A stretch of 64,000 nt of DNA from Hemiscyllium ocellatum. Taxonomy: Eukaryota. Under the pieces are notes generated by a model, which worked only from the letters and a program-made list of their open reading frames with translations, ran no database searches and had not been told where the DNA came from. Both the position numbers and the translations under genes were made by a program. Shown one piece after another: positions 1 through 13,914 of the stretch (its first letter is position 1; every line of letters begins with the position of its first letter). Location: the NCBI RefSeq assembly GCF_020745735.1, contig NC_083440.1, positions 27,423,278 through 27,487,277 on the forward strand, given 5' to 3'.

Positions 1-3000
1 GCTAACTATGGACACGGTAACTACCGATGCGGTAACTATGGACATGCTATCTATTGACATGGTAACTATGGACATGGTAACTATGGACACGGTAACTATG
101 GACACGGTAACTATGGACATGATAAACATGCACACGATTACTATGGACACGGTAACTATGGACATGCTAACTATAGACATGCTAACTATGGACATGATAA
201 TCATACACACGATAACTATGGACATGCTAACTATGGACATGATAAACATGCACACAATTACTATGGATACAGTAACTATGGACACGGTAACTATGAACAT
301 GGTAACTATGGACACAGTGACTATGGACACGATAACCATGCACACGCTAACATTGGACATGCTAACTATGGAGACAGTAACTATGGACTTGGTAATCATG
401 GACATGGTAACTATGGATGCGGTAACTATGGACACGGTAACTATGGACACGGTAACTATGGACGCGGTAACTATTGACACGGTAATTATGGACAGGGTAA
501 CTATGGATGCGGTAAGTATGGACGTGGTAACTATGGACACGGTAACTATGGTCACGATAATTAGGGATGCAATAATTATGTACATGGTAATTATGGACAT
601 GGTAATCATGGACATGGTAACTATGGACACAGTAACTATGGACACAGTAAATATGGACACGATAACAATGGACACAGTAACTATGGTCACGATAATTACG
701 GACGCAATAATTATGTACAAGGTAATTATGGACTTGGTAATCATGGACATGGTAACTATGGATGCGTTAACTATGGACACGGTAACTATGGGCACGGTAA
801 CTATGGTCACGATAATTACGGACGCGATAATTATGTACACGGTAATTATGGACTTGTTAATCATGGACCTGGTAACTATGGATGTGGTAACTATGGACAC
901 AGTAACTATGGGCACGGTAACTATGGGCACGGTAACTATGGTCACGATAATTACAGACGCAATAATTATGTACAAGGTAATTATGGACTTGATAATCATG
1001 GACATGGTAACTATGGATGCGGTAACTATGGACACGGTAACTATGGGCACGGTAACTATGGTCACGATAATTACGGACGCGATAATTATGTACACGGTAA
1101 TTATGGACTTGTTAATCATGGACCTGGTAACTATGGATGTGGTAAGTATGGACACAGTAACTATGGGCACGGTAACTATGACTACGGTAACTAGGGATAC
1201 AATAATTATGGACGCAGTAACTATGGACATAGTAACAATGGATTCAGTAACTACGGACACGGTAACTATGGATACAGTAACTAAGGACAAGTTAACTATG
1301 GACACGGGTAACTACCGTCATGGTAACTATGGACATGGTAATGATGGACACGATAATTGTGGACGCAGTAATTATGGACATGATTATTATGGACACAATA
1401 ATTATGGACACGGTAACTATGGATACAGTAAGTATGGATACAGTAAGCATGGGCAGGATAACTATGGACATGGTAACTATGGGCATGATAACTATGGACA
1501 CGATAATTATGGACACGGTAACTATGGACACAGTAACTATTGACATGATAACTGTGGACATGGTAACAATGGGCAAGATAACGATGGACACGATAATTAT
1601 GGAAAGGGTAACTATGGACATGATAACTATGGACACAGTAACTATGGACACGGTAACTATGGACACGGTAACTATGGAAATGGTAATTATGATCACGGTA
1701 ACGATGGACATGGTAACTATGGACAAGGAAACTAAGGACACAGAAACAATGGACAGGGTAACTATGGACACGATAATTGTGGATGCTGTAACTAAGGACA
1801 CAGTAACTATGGGGCCGGTAGCTTATGGACATGGTAACTATGGACAGAACAATTCTGAACACAGTAACTATGGACACGGTAACTATACACATGATAACTA
1901 TGGACACAGTAACTATGGACACAGTAACTATGGACACGGTAACTATGGACACGGTAACTATGGAAATGGTAATTATGATCACGGTAATGATGGACGTGGT
2001 AACTATGGACAAGGAAACTAAGGACACAGAAACAATGGACAGGGTAACTATGGACACGATAATTGTGGATGCGGTAACTATGGACACAGTAACTATGGGG
2101 CCGGTAGCTTATGGACATGGTAACTATGGACATAACAATTCTGAACACGGTAACTATGGACACAGTAACTATGGATACAGTAACTATGGACATGGCAACT
2201 ATGGACAAAATAATGGACATGGTAATTATGGATACGGTAAATATGAACACGGTAACTATGGACAGGGTAACTATGGACATGATAATTATGGATACGGTAA
2301 GTATGTATACAATAATTAGGGACATGGCAATTATGGACATTGTAACTATGGATTCGGTAAATATGGACATAGTAACTAAGGACAAGGTAACTATGGACAC
2401 GATAACCATGGACACAGTAACTATTGACACGGTAACTATGGACAGGGTAACTATGGACACAGTAAATATGGACATAGTAACTATGGAGAAGGTAACTATG
2501 GACACGGTAACAATGGACATGATAACCATGCACACGATTACTATGGACACGGCAAATATGGACATGGCAAATATGGACACGGTAACTATGGAAACGGTAA
2601 CTATGGACACGGTAACAATGGACATGATAACCATGCACACAATTACTATAGACACGGCTAATATGCACACGGCAAATATGGACATGGTAACTTGGTCACG
2701 GTAAATATGGACACGATAACCATGGACGCGGTAACTATTGACACAGTAACTATGGACACGATAACCATGCACACGGTAACCATGGACATGGTAACTATGG
2801 ACACGGTTACAATGGACAGGGTAAATATGGACACTGTAACTACGGTCACGATAATTACGGACGCGATAATTATGTACACGGTAATTCTGGACATGGTAAT
2901 CATGGACATGGTAACTATGGATGCGGTAACTATGGACACAATAACTATGGGCACGGTAACTATGGATACAATAATTATGTTCACGGTAACTATGGACACA

Positions 3001-6000
3001 GTAACAATGGATTCAGTAACTACGGATATGGTAACTAAGGACAAGGTAACTATGGACACAATAACCATGGACACGGTAATTATGGACACGATAATGATGG
3101 ACACAGTAACTATGGACACGGGTAACTATGGACATGCTAACTATGGACACAGTAACTATGGACACGGTAACTATGGACATGATAAACATGCACACGATTA
3201 CTATGGACACGGTAACTATGGTCACGATAATTACAGACGCGATAATTAAGTACACGGTAAGTATGGACATGGTAATCATGGACATGTTAACTATGGATGC
3301 GGTATCTATGGACACATTAACTGTGGGCACGGTAACTATTACTACGGTAACTATTGGCACGGGAACTATGACTACGGTAACTATGGATACAATAATTATG
3401 GACACAGTAACTATGGACACAGTAACAATGGATTCAGTAACTACGGACATGGTAACTAAGGACAAGGTAACTATGGACACAATAACCATGGACACGGTAA
3501 TTATGGACACGATAATTATGGACACGGTAACTATGGACAAGGTAACTATGGACATGCTAACTATGGACACAGTAACTATGGACATGATAAACATGCACAC
3601 GATTACTATGGACATGGTAACTATGGACACAGTAAATATGGACAAGATAACTATGGACACGGTAACTATGGACATAGTAACTATGGACATGATAACTGTG
3701 GACACGGTAACTATGGACACGGTAACTATGGACATGCTAACTATGGACATGGTAACTATGGACACGGTAACTATGGACATGCTAACTATGGACATGATAA
3801 ACATGCTCACGATAACCATGTACATGATATCTATGGACATGGTAAATATTGAGCCGGTAGCTATGGACACAGTAACTATGGACACGGCAAATATGGACAC
3901 GATAACTATGGACATGCTAACTATGGACATGATAACCATGCACACGCTAACTATGGACATGCTAACTATGGACACAGTAACTATGGACACGGTAACTATG
4001 GACATGCTAACTATAGACACAGTAACCAAGGACATGGTAACTATGGACATGGTAACTATGGGCACAGTAACTATGGACATGCTAACTATGGACATGATAA
4101 ACATGCACACAATTACTATGGATACAGTAACTATGGACACGGTAACTATGGACATGGTAACTATGGACACAGTAACTATGGACATGATAACCATGCACAC
4201 GCTAACTATGGACATGCTAACTATGGAGACAGTAACTATGGACACGGTAACTATGGACACGATAACTATGGAGACAGTAACTATGGACATGGTAACTATG
4301 GACACAGTAACTACGGACATGCTAACTATGGACATGCTAACTATGGATATGATAAACATGCACACAATTACTATGGATACACTAACTATGGACACGGTTA
4401 CTATGGATATGATAAACATGCACACGATTACGATGGACACCGTAACTATGGACACGGTAACTATGGACATGCTAACTATGGACACGGTAACTATGGACAC
4501 GGTAACTATGGACATGCTAACTATGGACACAGTAACTATGGACACGGTAGCTATGGACATGGTAAACATGCACACGATTACTATGGACACGGTAACGATG
4601 GACACGGTAACTATGGATATGATGAACATGCACACGATTATGATGGACACAGTAACTATGGACACGGTAACTATGGACATGCTAACTATGGACATGATAA
4701 CCATGCACACGCAAATTATGGACATGCTAACTATGGACACGGTAACTACCGATGCGGTAACTATGGACATGCTATCTATTGACATGGTAACTATGGACAT
4801 GGTAACTATGGACACGGTAACTATGGACACGGTAACTATGGACATGATAAACATGCACACGATTACTATGGACATGGTAACTATGGACATGCTAACTATA
4901 GACATGCTAACTATGGACATGATAATCATACACACGATAACTATGGACATGCTAACTATGGACATGATAAACATGCACACAATTACTATGGATACAGTAA
5001 CTATGGACACGGTAACTATGAACATGGTAACTATGGACACAGTGACTATGGACACGATAACCATGCACACGCTAACATTGGACATGCTAACTATGGAGAC
5101 AGTAACTATGGACTTGGTAATCATGGACATGGTAACTATGGATGCGGTAACTATGGACACGGTAACTATGGACACGGTAACTATGGACGCGGTAACTATT
5201 GACACGGTAATTATGGACAGGGTAACTATGGATGCGGTAAGTATGGACGTGGTAACTATGGACACGGTAACTATGGTCACGATAATTAGGGATGCAATAA
5301 TTATGTACATGGTAATTATGGACATGGTAATCATGGACATGGTAACTATGGACACAGTAACTATGGACACAGTAAATATGGACACGATAACAATGGACAC
5401 AGTAACTATGGTCACGATAATTACGGACGCAATAATTATGTACAAGGTAATTATGGACTTGGTAATCATGGACATGGTAACTATGGATGCGTTAACTATG
5501 GACACGGTAACTATGGGCACGGTAACTATGGTCACGATAATTACAGACGCAATAATTATGTACAAGGTAATTATGGACTTGGTAATCATGGACATGGTAA
5601 CTATGGATGCGGTAACTATGGACACGGTAACTATGGGCACGGTAACTATGGTCACGATAATTACGGACGCGATAATTATGTACACGGTAATTATGGACTT
5701 GTTAATCATGGACCTGGTAACTATGGATGTGGTAACTATGGACACAGTAACTATGGGCACGGTAACTATGGGCACGGTAACTATGGTCACGATAATTACA
5801 GACGCAATAATTATGTACAAGGTAATTATGGACTTGATAATCATGGACATGGTAACTATGGATGCGGTAACTATGGACACGGTAACTATGGGCACGGTAA
5901 CTATGGTCACGATAATTACGGACGCGATAATTATGTACACGGTAATTATGGACTTGTTAATCATGGACCTGGTAACTATGGATGTGGTAAGTATGGACAC

Positions 6001-8445
6001 AGTAACTATGGGCACGGTAACTATGACTACGGTAACTAGGGATACAATAATTATGGACGCAGTAACTATGGACATAGTAACAATGGATTCAGTAACTACG
6101 GACACGGTAACTATGGATACAGTAACTATGGACATGGTAACTAAGGACAAGGCAACTATGGACACGGGTAACTACCGTCATGGTAACTGTGGACATGGTA
6201 ATGATGGACACGATAATTGTGGACGCAGTAATTATGGAAATGATTATTATGGACACAATAATTATGGACACGGTAACTAGGACACGGTAATGATGGATAC
6301 AGTAAGTATGGATACAGTAAGCATGGGCAGGATAACTATGGACATGGTAACTATGGACATGATAACTATGGACACGATAATTATGGACACGGTAACTATG
6401 GACACAGTAACTATTGACATGATAACTGTGGACATGGTAACAATGGGCAAGATAACGATGGACACGATAATTATGGAAAGGGTAACTATGGACATGATAA
6501 CTATGGACACAGTAACTATGGACACAGTAACTATGGACACGGTAACTATGGACATGATAACTGTGGACATGATAACTATGGACATGGTAACTATGGACAA
6601 GGTAACTATGGGCACAGTAACTATGGAGACAGTAACTATGGACACGGCAACTATGGACACAGTAACTATGGACATAGTAATTATGAACGTGATAACTATG
6701 GACACGGTAACTATGGACACAGTAACTATGAACATGATAACTGTGTACACAGTATCTATGGACACGATAATTATGGACACGATAACTATGGACACGGTAA
6801 GTATGGACACAGCAACTATGAACATGATAACTGTGGACACAGTATCTATGGACACTGTAACTATGGACATGATAAATATGGACAGGGTAACTATGGACAT
6901 GATAACTGTGGACATGGTAACTATGGACATAGAAACTATGAACGTGATAACTATGGATACGGTAACTATGGACACGGTAACTATGGTCACGATAATTAGG
7001 GACGCAATAATTATGTACAAGGTAATTACGGACTTGGTAATCATGGACATGGTAACTATGGATGCGGTAACTATGGACACGGTAACTATGGGCACGGTAA
7101 CTATGGTCACGATAATTACGGACGCGATAATTATGTACACGGTAATTATGGACTTGTTAATCATGGACCTGGTAACTATGGATGTGGTAACTATGGACAC
7201 AGTAACTCTGGGCACGGTAACTATGACTACGGTAACTAGGGATACAATAATTATGGACGCAGTAACTATGGACATTGTAACAATGGATTCAGTAACTACG
7301 GACACGGTAACTATGGATACAGTAACTATGGACATGGTAACTAAGGACAAGGTAACTATGGACACGGGTAACTGCCGTCATGGTAACTATGGACATGGTA
7401 ATGATGGACACGATAATTGTGGACGCAGTAATTATGGACATGATTATTATGGACACAATAATTATGGACACGGTAACTAGGACACGGTAACTATGGATAC
7501 AGTAAGTATGGATACAGTAAGCATGGGCAGGATAACTATGGACATGGTAACTATGGACATGATAACTATGGACACGATAATTATGGACACGGTAACTATG
7601 GACACAGTAACTATTGACATGATAACTGTGGACATGGTAACAATGGGCAAGATAACGATGGACACGATAATTATGGAAAGGGTAACTATGGACATGATAA
7701 CTATGGACACAGTAACTATGGACACAGTAACTATGGACACGGTAACTATGGACATGATAACTGTGGACATGATAACTATGGACACGGTAACTATGGACAT
7801 GATAACTATGGACATGGTAACTATGGACATGGTAACTATGGACACAGTAACTATGGAGACAGTAACTATGGACACGGCAACTATGGACACAGTAACTATG
7901 GACATAGTAACTATGAACGTGATAACTATGGACACGGTAACTATGGACACAGTAACTATGAACATGATAACTGTGTACACAGTATCTATGGACACGATAA
8001 TTATGGACACGATAACTATGGACACGGTAAGTATGGTACACAGCAACTATGAACATGATAACTGTGGACACAGTATCTATGGACACTGTAACTATGGACA
8101 CGATAATTATGGACAGGGTAACTATGGACATGATAACTGTGGACATGGTAACTATGGACATAGTAACTATGAACGTGATAACTATGGATACGGTAACTAT
8201 GGACATGATAACTATGGACACGGTAGCTATGGACACAGTAACTATGAACATGATAACTGTGGACACAGTATCTATGGGCATGATAACTATGGACACGATA
8301 ACTATGGACACGGTAACTATGGACATGGTAACTATGGACATGGTAACTATGGACATGATAACTATGGACACGGTAACTATGGACATGGTAACTATGGACA
8401 TGATAACTATGGACACGGTAACCATGGACACAGCAATTCTGGACA
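1..8445. repeat. 15-bp minisatellite array (consensus GGTAACTATGGACAC/T), truncated by window start
   Basis: Continuous 15-bp periodicity with recurring variants (ACG/ATG/ACA, GTA/ATA/CTA). It decays at ~8430-8459 into unique sequence. Confidence 0.98.
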
Positions 8446-8627
8446 TCATTTGGACACAGAGAAAATTAAACAAGTCAAAAAGGGGAAAAAAAGAATGAAA
8501 TGGAACCTATTGTGAGGGAATGGGAACCAAATGAGAAACCAAATGAGAAATCGGTTTGGCTGTTTAATGAACAGAAATCAGAACATCGCAAAGACCCACA
8601 ATCTGAGGAGCACAAGGATGGAGATGA

Positions 8628-8845
8628 TTCATTCTGGAGTGGTTAGGTTGGAGTGGAATCCCTCCAGTGTGGAAACAGGCCTCTCGGCCCAACCAGTCCA
8701 CTGACCAGCATCTCACCCAGGCCCATCCTCTTCCCCTAACCCTGTAACCGCGCCTTTCCCATGGCTAACTCACCTCAACCCAGACATGCGTGATCCCTCA
8801 GGGCAATCCAGCGTGGCCAATCCACCCAGGCTGCACCTCTTCAGA
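8628..8845 (-). mobile_element. Shark HE1-type SINE / LINE-tail fragment
   Basis: Contains ccctccagtgtggaaacaggcc...cccatggctaac...ggcaatccagcgtggccaatccaccc...ctgcacc, the reverse complement of a recalled shark SINE/LINE 3' region. Same family as the 53-bp unit at 10.6 kb. Confidence 0.6.
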
Positions 8846-8989
8846 CTGCCGGCTGCTGTAGTATGGGTGCTGAATGAGTTGTGGTACCAGGGGCCCTCCC
8901 ACCTACACAAACTGTAAAGGTGACCGCACCTAGCGCCAAGGTAAGGTGTCCGAGGACTCACGGATGTAAGTGGGAAGGGTCTGGGCAAG

Positions 8990-9262
8990 GGGAGGAGACG
9001 TGAGCTCTGGTCCGGCCATGGACCGAAGGTGCACGTTGAATTCAATTTCGGGGGCAAGTCTTCCCCATTAAGACATTGTGGTGAAAACCTGTCTGATTCA
9101 CTCGTGCGCTGTGGGTTAGGGAAGTTTGCCATCCTTCCCTGGTCTGGCCTACATGTGACTCCACACCCTCCCCAGCAGTGTGGTTGACGCAGAACTGCCA
9201 TCTGGGTAATTAGGGATGGGTAATAAATGGCAGCCCAGCTAGCGATGCCGCCAACCTGTGAA
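8990..9262 (+). mobile_element. Degenerate shark SINE
   Basis: ttgaattcaat...gccatccttccctggtctggcctacatgtgactcc...gtggttgac...aattagggatggg...aaatg matches a recalled common shark SINE body and tail. Confidence 0.6.
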
Positions 9263-9639
9263 CATATTCAAGTAAATTTCTCCAGGCTTGGTAAACATCC
9301 TTTGACAACTCTACAATTTTAGTTCCCAGTTCAACAGCTCGGTCAGAAGCATCTCAGATTTGTTAGTTGCTTCCAATGAGTTGTATGAGGTGTTCACCTG
9401 AGATTGTCACTGTTTTTTCGCTTGTTACGGACTGGGGAAGGTATACAGTCACAGAACCTTTTCAGAAACAGGCCATTCCTCTGAAAGATGTCCCACACAG
9501 CCCAATCTTCAGGACCCCACCCTGACCATGGGCAATCCCACCTATTCCCCATACACAACAGCAAATCCTACACAGCTGCAGGTTTCTGGACTGCGGAAGG
9601 AAACTCAGAGAGACAAACGAAGAGTGTGCTAACCCCATA

Positions 9640-10133
9640 CACCCTCTCACACACATTCACGCTCTCTCTCACACTCACACATGCACACACACTCCCTCAC
9701 AAAAACTCACGCACACATACACTCACACACACAGACATACTCTCTCTCATACACACAGGCACAGACACACACACTTTCTCTCTTACACACACACACAGAC
9801 ACCCACACTTCTCTCACACCCACTCATGCACACACACACACTCACACAGACACACACACACTCTGANNNNNNNNNNNNNNNNNNNNNNNNNNNNNNNNNN
9901 NNNNNNNNNNNNNNNNNNNNNNNNNNNNNNNNNNNNNNNNNNNNNNNNNNNNNNNNNNNNNNNNNNNNNNNNNNNNNNNNNNNNNNNNNNNNNNNNNNNN
10001 NNNNNNNNNNNNNNNNNNNNNNNNNNNNNNNNNNNNNNNNNNNNNNNNNNNNNNNNNNNNNNNNNNNNNNNNNNNNNNNNNNNNNNNNNNNNNNNNNNNN
10101 NNNNNNNNNNNNNNNNNNNNNNNNNNNNNNNNN
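9640..10133. repeat. (CA)n-rich simple repeat running into an N block (9867-10133)
   Basis: CA/CT low complexity. The paralogous copy has the same flanks and a 269-nt N block (54970-55238). Confidence 0.9.
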
Positions 10134-10590
10134 CACAATCCCAACCTCTCCTCTGCGGTTAATTGAATGAAGCAGTAAGTGTAAACACAGCTCACACTGC
10201 CATCCAGTGCCTCATTCCTCAAAAGCTAGCAATACCCTCCTGGCCCAGAGACAGGACAGCGATTGGATGAGATGAGTTTTAATCAACACCTTCCATGACC
10301 ATCGGCTCCTGAGGCAAGGCTTGAACCAGAAATGTCTGGTCCAGACGAAGAGGCACCATGACTGGGACACGAGGATGGACCCAGTTTGTCAGCATTGAAA
10401 GGCTGCTCGGAGCTGAGACCACAGACGGAAGAGCATTGGGAGAGGGTGCAGAAAAGTAACCGGTTCCTAACCCCTCAAGGAGTACATGAGTCAGCAAGGT
10501 GTTTCGACCAACCTGTGGTAGGCACGGGGCTATGAGCAAACATTGGAGAGAAAGAGGCGGGGAAATACACTCAGAAGGGGATGGCTCTGA

Positions 10591-11078
10591 AATGCTAAAT
10601 TACCCGTAAGGCTAAGGGATGTGTAGGTTAGGGTGGGTTGGCCATGCTAAATTACCCATAGTGTTCAGGGATGCATAGGTTAGGGTGGATTAGCCATGCT
10701 AAATTACCCCATAGTGTTCAGGGATGTGTAGGCTAGGGTGGATTGACCATGCTAAATTACCCATAGTGCTCAGGGATGTGCAGGTTAGGATGGATTGGCC
10801 ATGCTAAATTACCCATAGTGTTCAGGGATGTGTACGTTAGGGCGGATTGGCCGTGCTAAAATACCTCCATAGTGTTCAGGGATGTGCTGGTTAGGGTGGA
10901 TTGGACATGCTAAATTACCCCATAGTGTTCAGGGATGTGCAGGTTAGGGTGGATTGGCCATGCTAAATTACCCATAGTGCTCAGGGATGTGCAGGTTAGG
11001 GTGGAATGGCCATGCTAAATTACCCATAGTGCTCAGGGATGTGTAGGTTAGGGTGGTTTGGCCATGCTAAATTACCCC
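10591..11078. repeat. ~53-bp minisatellite, ~9 units, SINE-derived
   Basis: Unit gctaaattacccatagtgttcagggatgtgtaggttagggtggattggccat. Ten GCTAAA(T) starts are spaced ~52-54 bp apart. Confidence 0.95.
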
Positions 11079-11082
11079 TCAT

Positions 11083-11691
11083 GGATCAGAAAACTATACA
11101 GCGCAGAACAGGCCCTGCATCCCTCTACGTTGCACCGACCCACGAACTCGTCTAAGCCCATCCCCCTACACTACCCCATCATCATCCATGGGCTTATCTA
11201 AGGACTGTTTAACTCTCCCTAATGTGGCTGTGTTCACTACATTAGCAGGTAGGGCCCTCCTCACCCTTCCCACTCTCTGTGTAAAGAACCTGCCTCTGAC
11301 ATCTGTCTGAAATCTATCACCCCCCAATTTGTAGTTATGTCCCCCTCGTAACAGCAGACGTCATCATCCTCAGAAACACACTCTCACTGTCCACCCTATC
11401 TAATCCTCTGACCATCTTGTATGTCTCCATCAAATCCCCCCACTTAACCTTCTTCTCTCCAATGAGAATAGCCCCAAGTCTCTCAGTCTTTCCTCATAAG
11501 ACATTCCCTCCAGACCAGGCAACATCCTGGTAAATCTCTTCTGCACCTTTTCCAATGTTTCCACATCCTTCCTATAATGCGACGACCAGAACTGTACACA
11601 ATATTCTGAGTGCAGCCGCACCAGCGTTTTGTATAATTGCAGCATGACATTGCAGCTCTGGAACTCAATCCCTCTACCAATAAAACCTAAC
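11083..11691 (-). mobile_element. CR1-like LINE, 3' part of a split host element
   Basis: Translates to GFIGRGIEF..MLQLYKTLVR.H.EYCVQFWS.HYRKDV..LEKVQKRFTRMLPGL (CR1 ORF2 C-terminus). 3' tail near 11083-11110. Confidence 0.92.
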
Positions 11692-11700
11692 AAACCTAAC

Positions 11701-13606
11701 AATGGGAAGGCTACAAACACAAACAGAGGATAACAAGGAGAGAAATAAGGAAGGAGAGGATCAACTATGAAGGTAGGCTCGCCAGTAATATTAGGAATGA
11801 TAGTAAAAGTTTCTTTCTATATATAAGAAACAAACAACAGGCAAAAGTAGACATTTGGCCATTTCAAACTGATGCTGGAAGCCTAGTGATGGGAGATAAG
11901 GAAAGAGCTGGAGAATTTAATACGCACTTTGCGACTGTCTTCACAGTGGAAGACATGAGTAATATCCCAACAATTAAAGGGATTCAGGGGGCCGAGTTGA
12001 GTATTGTTGCCATTATAAAAGAGAAAGTGCTAGAAAAGCTAAAAGGTCTTAAAATTGACAAATCTCCTGGCCCCGATGGGATACATCCTAGAGTTCTGAG
12101 GGAGGTGGCTGAGGAAATAGCAGTGGCATTGGTTGAGATCTTTCAAAAGTCACTGGAGTCAGGGAAACTCCTGGATGATTGGAGGATCGCTGTTGTAACC
12201 CTCTTGTTCAAGAAAGGATCAAGACAAAAGATGGAAAATTATAGGCCAATCTTGGTTGTTGGTAAAATTCTAGAATCCATCATTAAGGATGAGGTTTCTA
12301 AATTCTTGGAAGAACAAGTCAACATGGATTTAGTAAGGGGAGGTCATGCCTGACAAAACTGTTGGAATTCTTTGAAGAGGTGATAAATAGATTAGACTAG
12401 GGAAACCCAGTGGATGTGGTCTATTTAGACTTCCAAAAGGCCTTTGATAAGGTGCCACACGGGAGGCTGCTGAGCAAGGTGAGGGCCCATGGTGTTCCAG
12501 GTGAGCTACTGGGATGGACTGAGGATTGGCTGTCTGACAGAAGGCAGAGAGTTGGGATAAAAGGTTCTTTTTCAGAATGGCAGCCGGTGACAAGCGGTGT
12601 CCCGCAGGGTTCAGTGTTGGGGCCGCAGCTGTTCACATTATATATTAATGATCTGGATGAAGGGACTGGGGGCATTCTAGCGAAGTTTGCCGATGATACG
12701 AAGTTAGGTGGACGGGCAGGTAGTACTGAGGAAGTGGGGAGGCTGCAGAAGGATCTAGTCAGTTTGGGAGAGTGGTCCAGGAAATGGCTGATGGAATTCA
12801 ACGTGAGCAAATGCGAGGTCTTGCACTTTGGAAAAAAGAATAAAAGCATCGACTACTTTCTAAATGGTGAGAAAATTAGTAAAGCCAAAGTACCAAGGGA
12901 TCTGGGAGTGCAAGTCGAGGATTCTCTAAAGGTAAACATGCAGGTTGAGTCTGTGATTAAGAAAGCGAATGCAATGTTGTCATTTATCTCAAGAGGGTTG
13001 GAATATAAAAGCACCGTTGTGCTACTGAGACTTTATCAAGCTCTAGTTAGGCCCCATTTGGAGTACTGTGTCCAGTTTTGGTCCCCACACCTCAGGAAGG
13101 ACATACTGGCACTGGAGCGTGTCCAGCGGAGATTCACACGGATGATCTCTGGAATGGTAGGTCTAACATACGGGGAACAGCTGAGGATCCTGGGATTGTA
13201 TTCATTGGAGTTTAGAAGATTAAGGGGAGATCTAATAGAAACTTACAAGATAATACATGGCTTGGAAAGGGTGGACACTAGGAAATAGTTTCCGTTCGGC
13301 GAGGAGACTAGGACCCGTGGACACAGCCTTAGAATTAGAGGGGGTCAATTCAGAACAGAAATGCGGAGACATTTCTTCAGCCAGAGAGTGGTGGGCCTGT
13401 GGAATTCATTGCCACAGAGTGCAGTGGAGGCCGGGACGCTAAATGTCTTCAAGGCAGAGATTGATAAATTCTTGATGTCACAAGGAATTAACGGCTACGG
13501 GGAACATGCAGGTAAGTGGAGTTGAAAGGCCCATCAGCCATGATTGAATGGCGAAGTGGACTCGTTGGGCTGAATGGCCTTACTTCCACTCTTATAGTCT
13601 TATCGT
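11701..13606 (+). mobile_element. 5'-truncated CR1-like LINE (ORF2 reverse transcriptase, decayed)
   Basis: [65 protein letters not shown] is broken by stops and deletions; 3' tail gggctgaatggcc...tagtcttat. Confidence 0.96.
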
Positions 13607-13816
13607 CTAACACACCGTATACCTTCTTAACAGCACTAACCACCTGGGTGGCAACGTTCAGGGATCTATGTCCATGGACTCCAAGATCTCTCTGCACATC
13701 CACACTCCCAAGAATCTTTCTATTGACCCAGTTTTCTGCCTTCCTGTTATTCTTCCCAAAGTGCATCACCTCACATTTAGCTGCATTGAACTCCATTTGC
13801 CACCTCTCAGCCCAAT
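13607..13816 (-). mobile_element. CR1-like LINE, 5' part of the split host element
   Basis: MEFNAAKCEVMHFG..N...RDLGVH..RSL.VATQV..AVKKVYGVL, which joins in register to GFIGRGIEF at 11691. Confidence 0.9.
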
Positions 13817-13914
13817 TCTAATGCCGTGAATGTCCCCCAGGTGAGGACTGGCTCCCTTCTGTATGCACCCACCCTCCCTTGGTTAGTCACAACGAGGTTG
13901 ATTTAAAGACGGTC

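Noticed and set aside
1173-1183. GTAACTATGAC similarity to large-subunit rRNA near homing-endonuclease sites
   Set aside because: An 11-nt match in rare unit variants, with no other rDNA sequence.
1-8445. CRISPR-like array
   Set aside because: There are no unique spacers or cas genes; it is a contiguous tandem repeat in vertebrate DNA.
9867-10133. N runs as scaffold gaps breaking contiguity
   Set aside because: They recur at paralogous sites with near-equal lengths (267 vs 269; 132 vs 139 in the LTRs) and always sit in simple repeats, so they look like masking. Their content is unknown.
9488-10222. His/Thr-rich and Cys/Val-rich ORFs here and at 14.6-15.4, 18.7-21.3, 27.6-28.9 and 60.0-60.9 kb
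   Set aside because: Translations of (CA)n/(TG)n simple repeats, often through N blocks.
10591-11078. Interstitial telomere (TTAGGG)
   Set aside because: Only one hexamer per 53-bp SINE-derived unit, not tandem TTAGGG.
11886-13288. Active LINE ORF2
   Set aside because: 5'-truncated, no endonuclease domain, internal stops and deletions in both copies.
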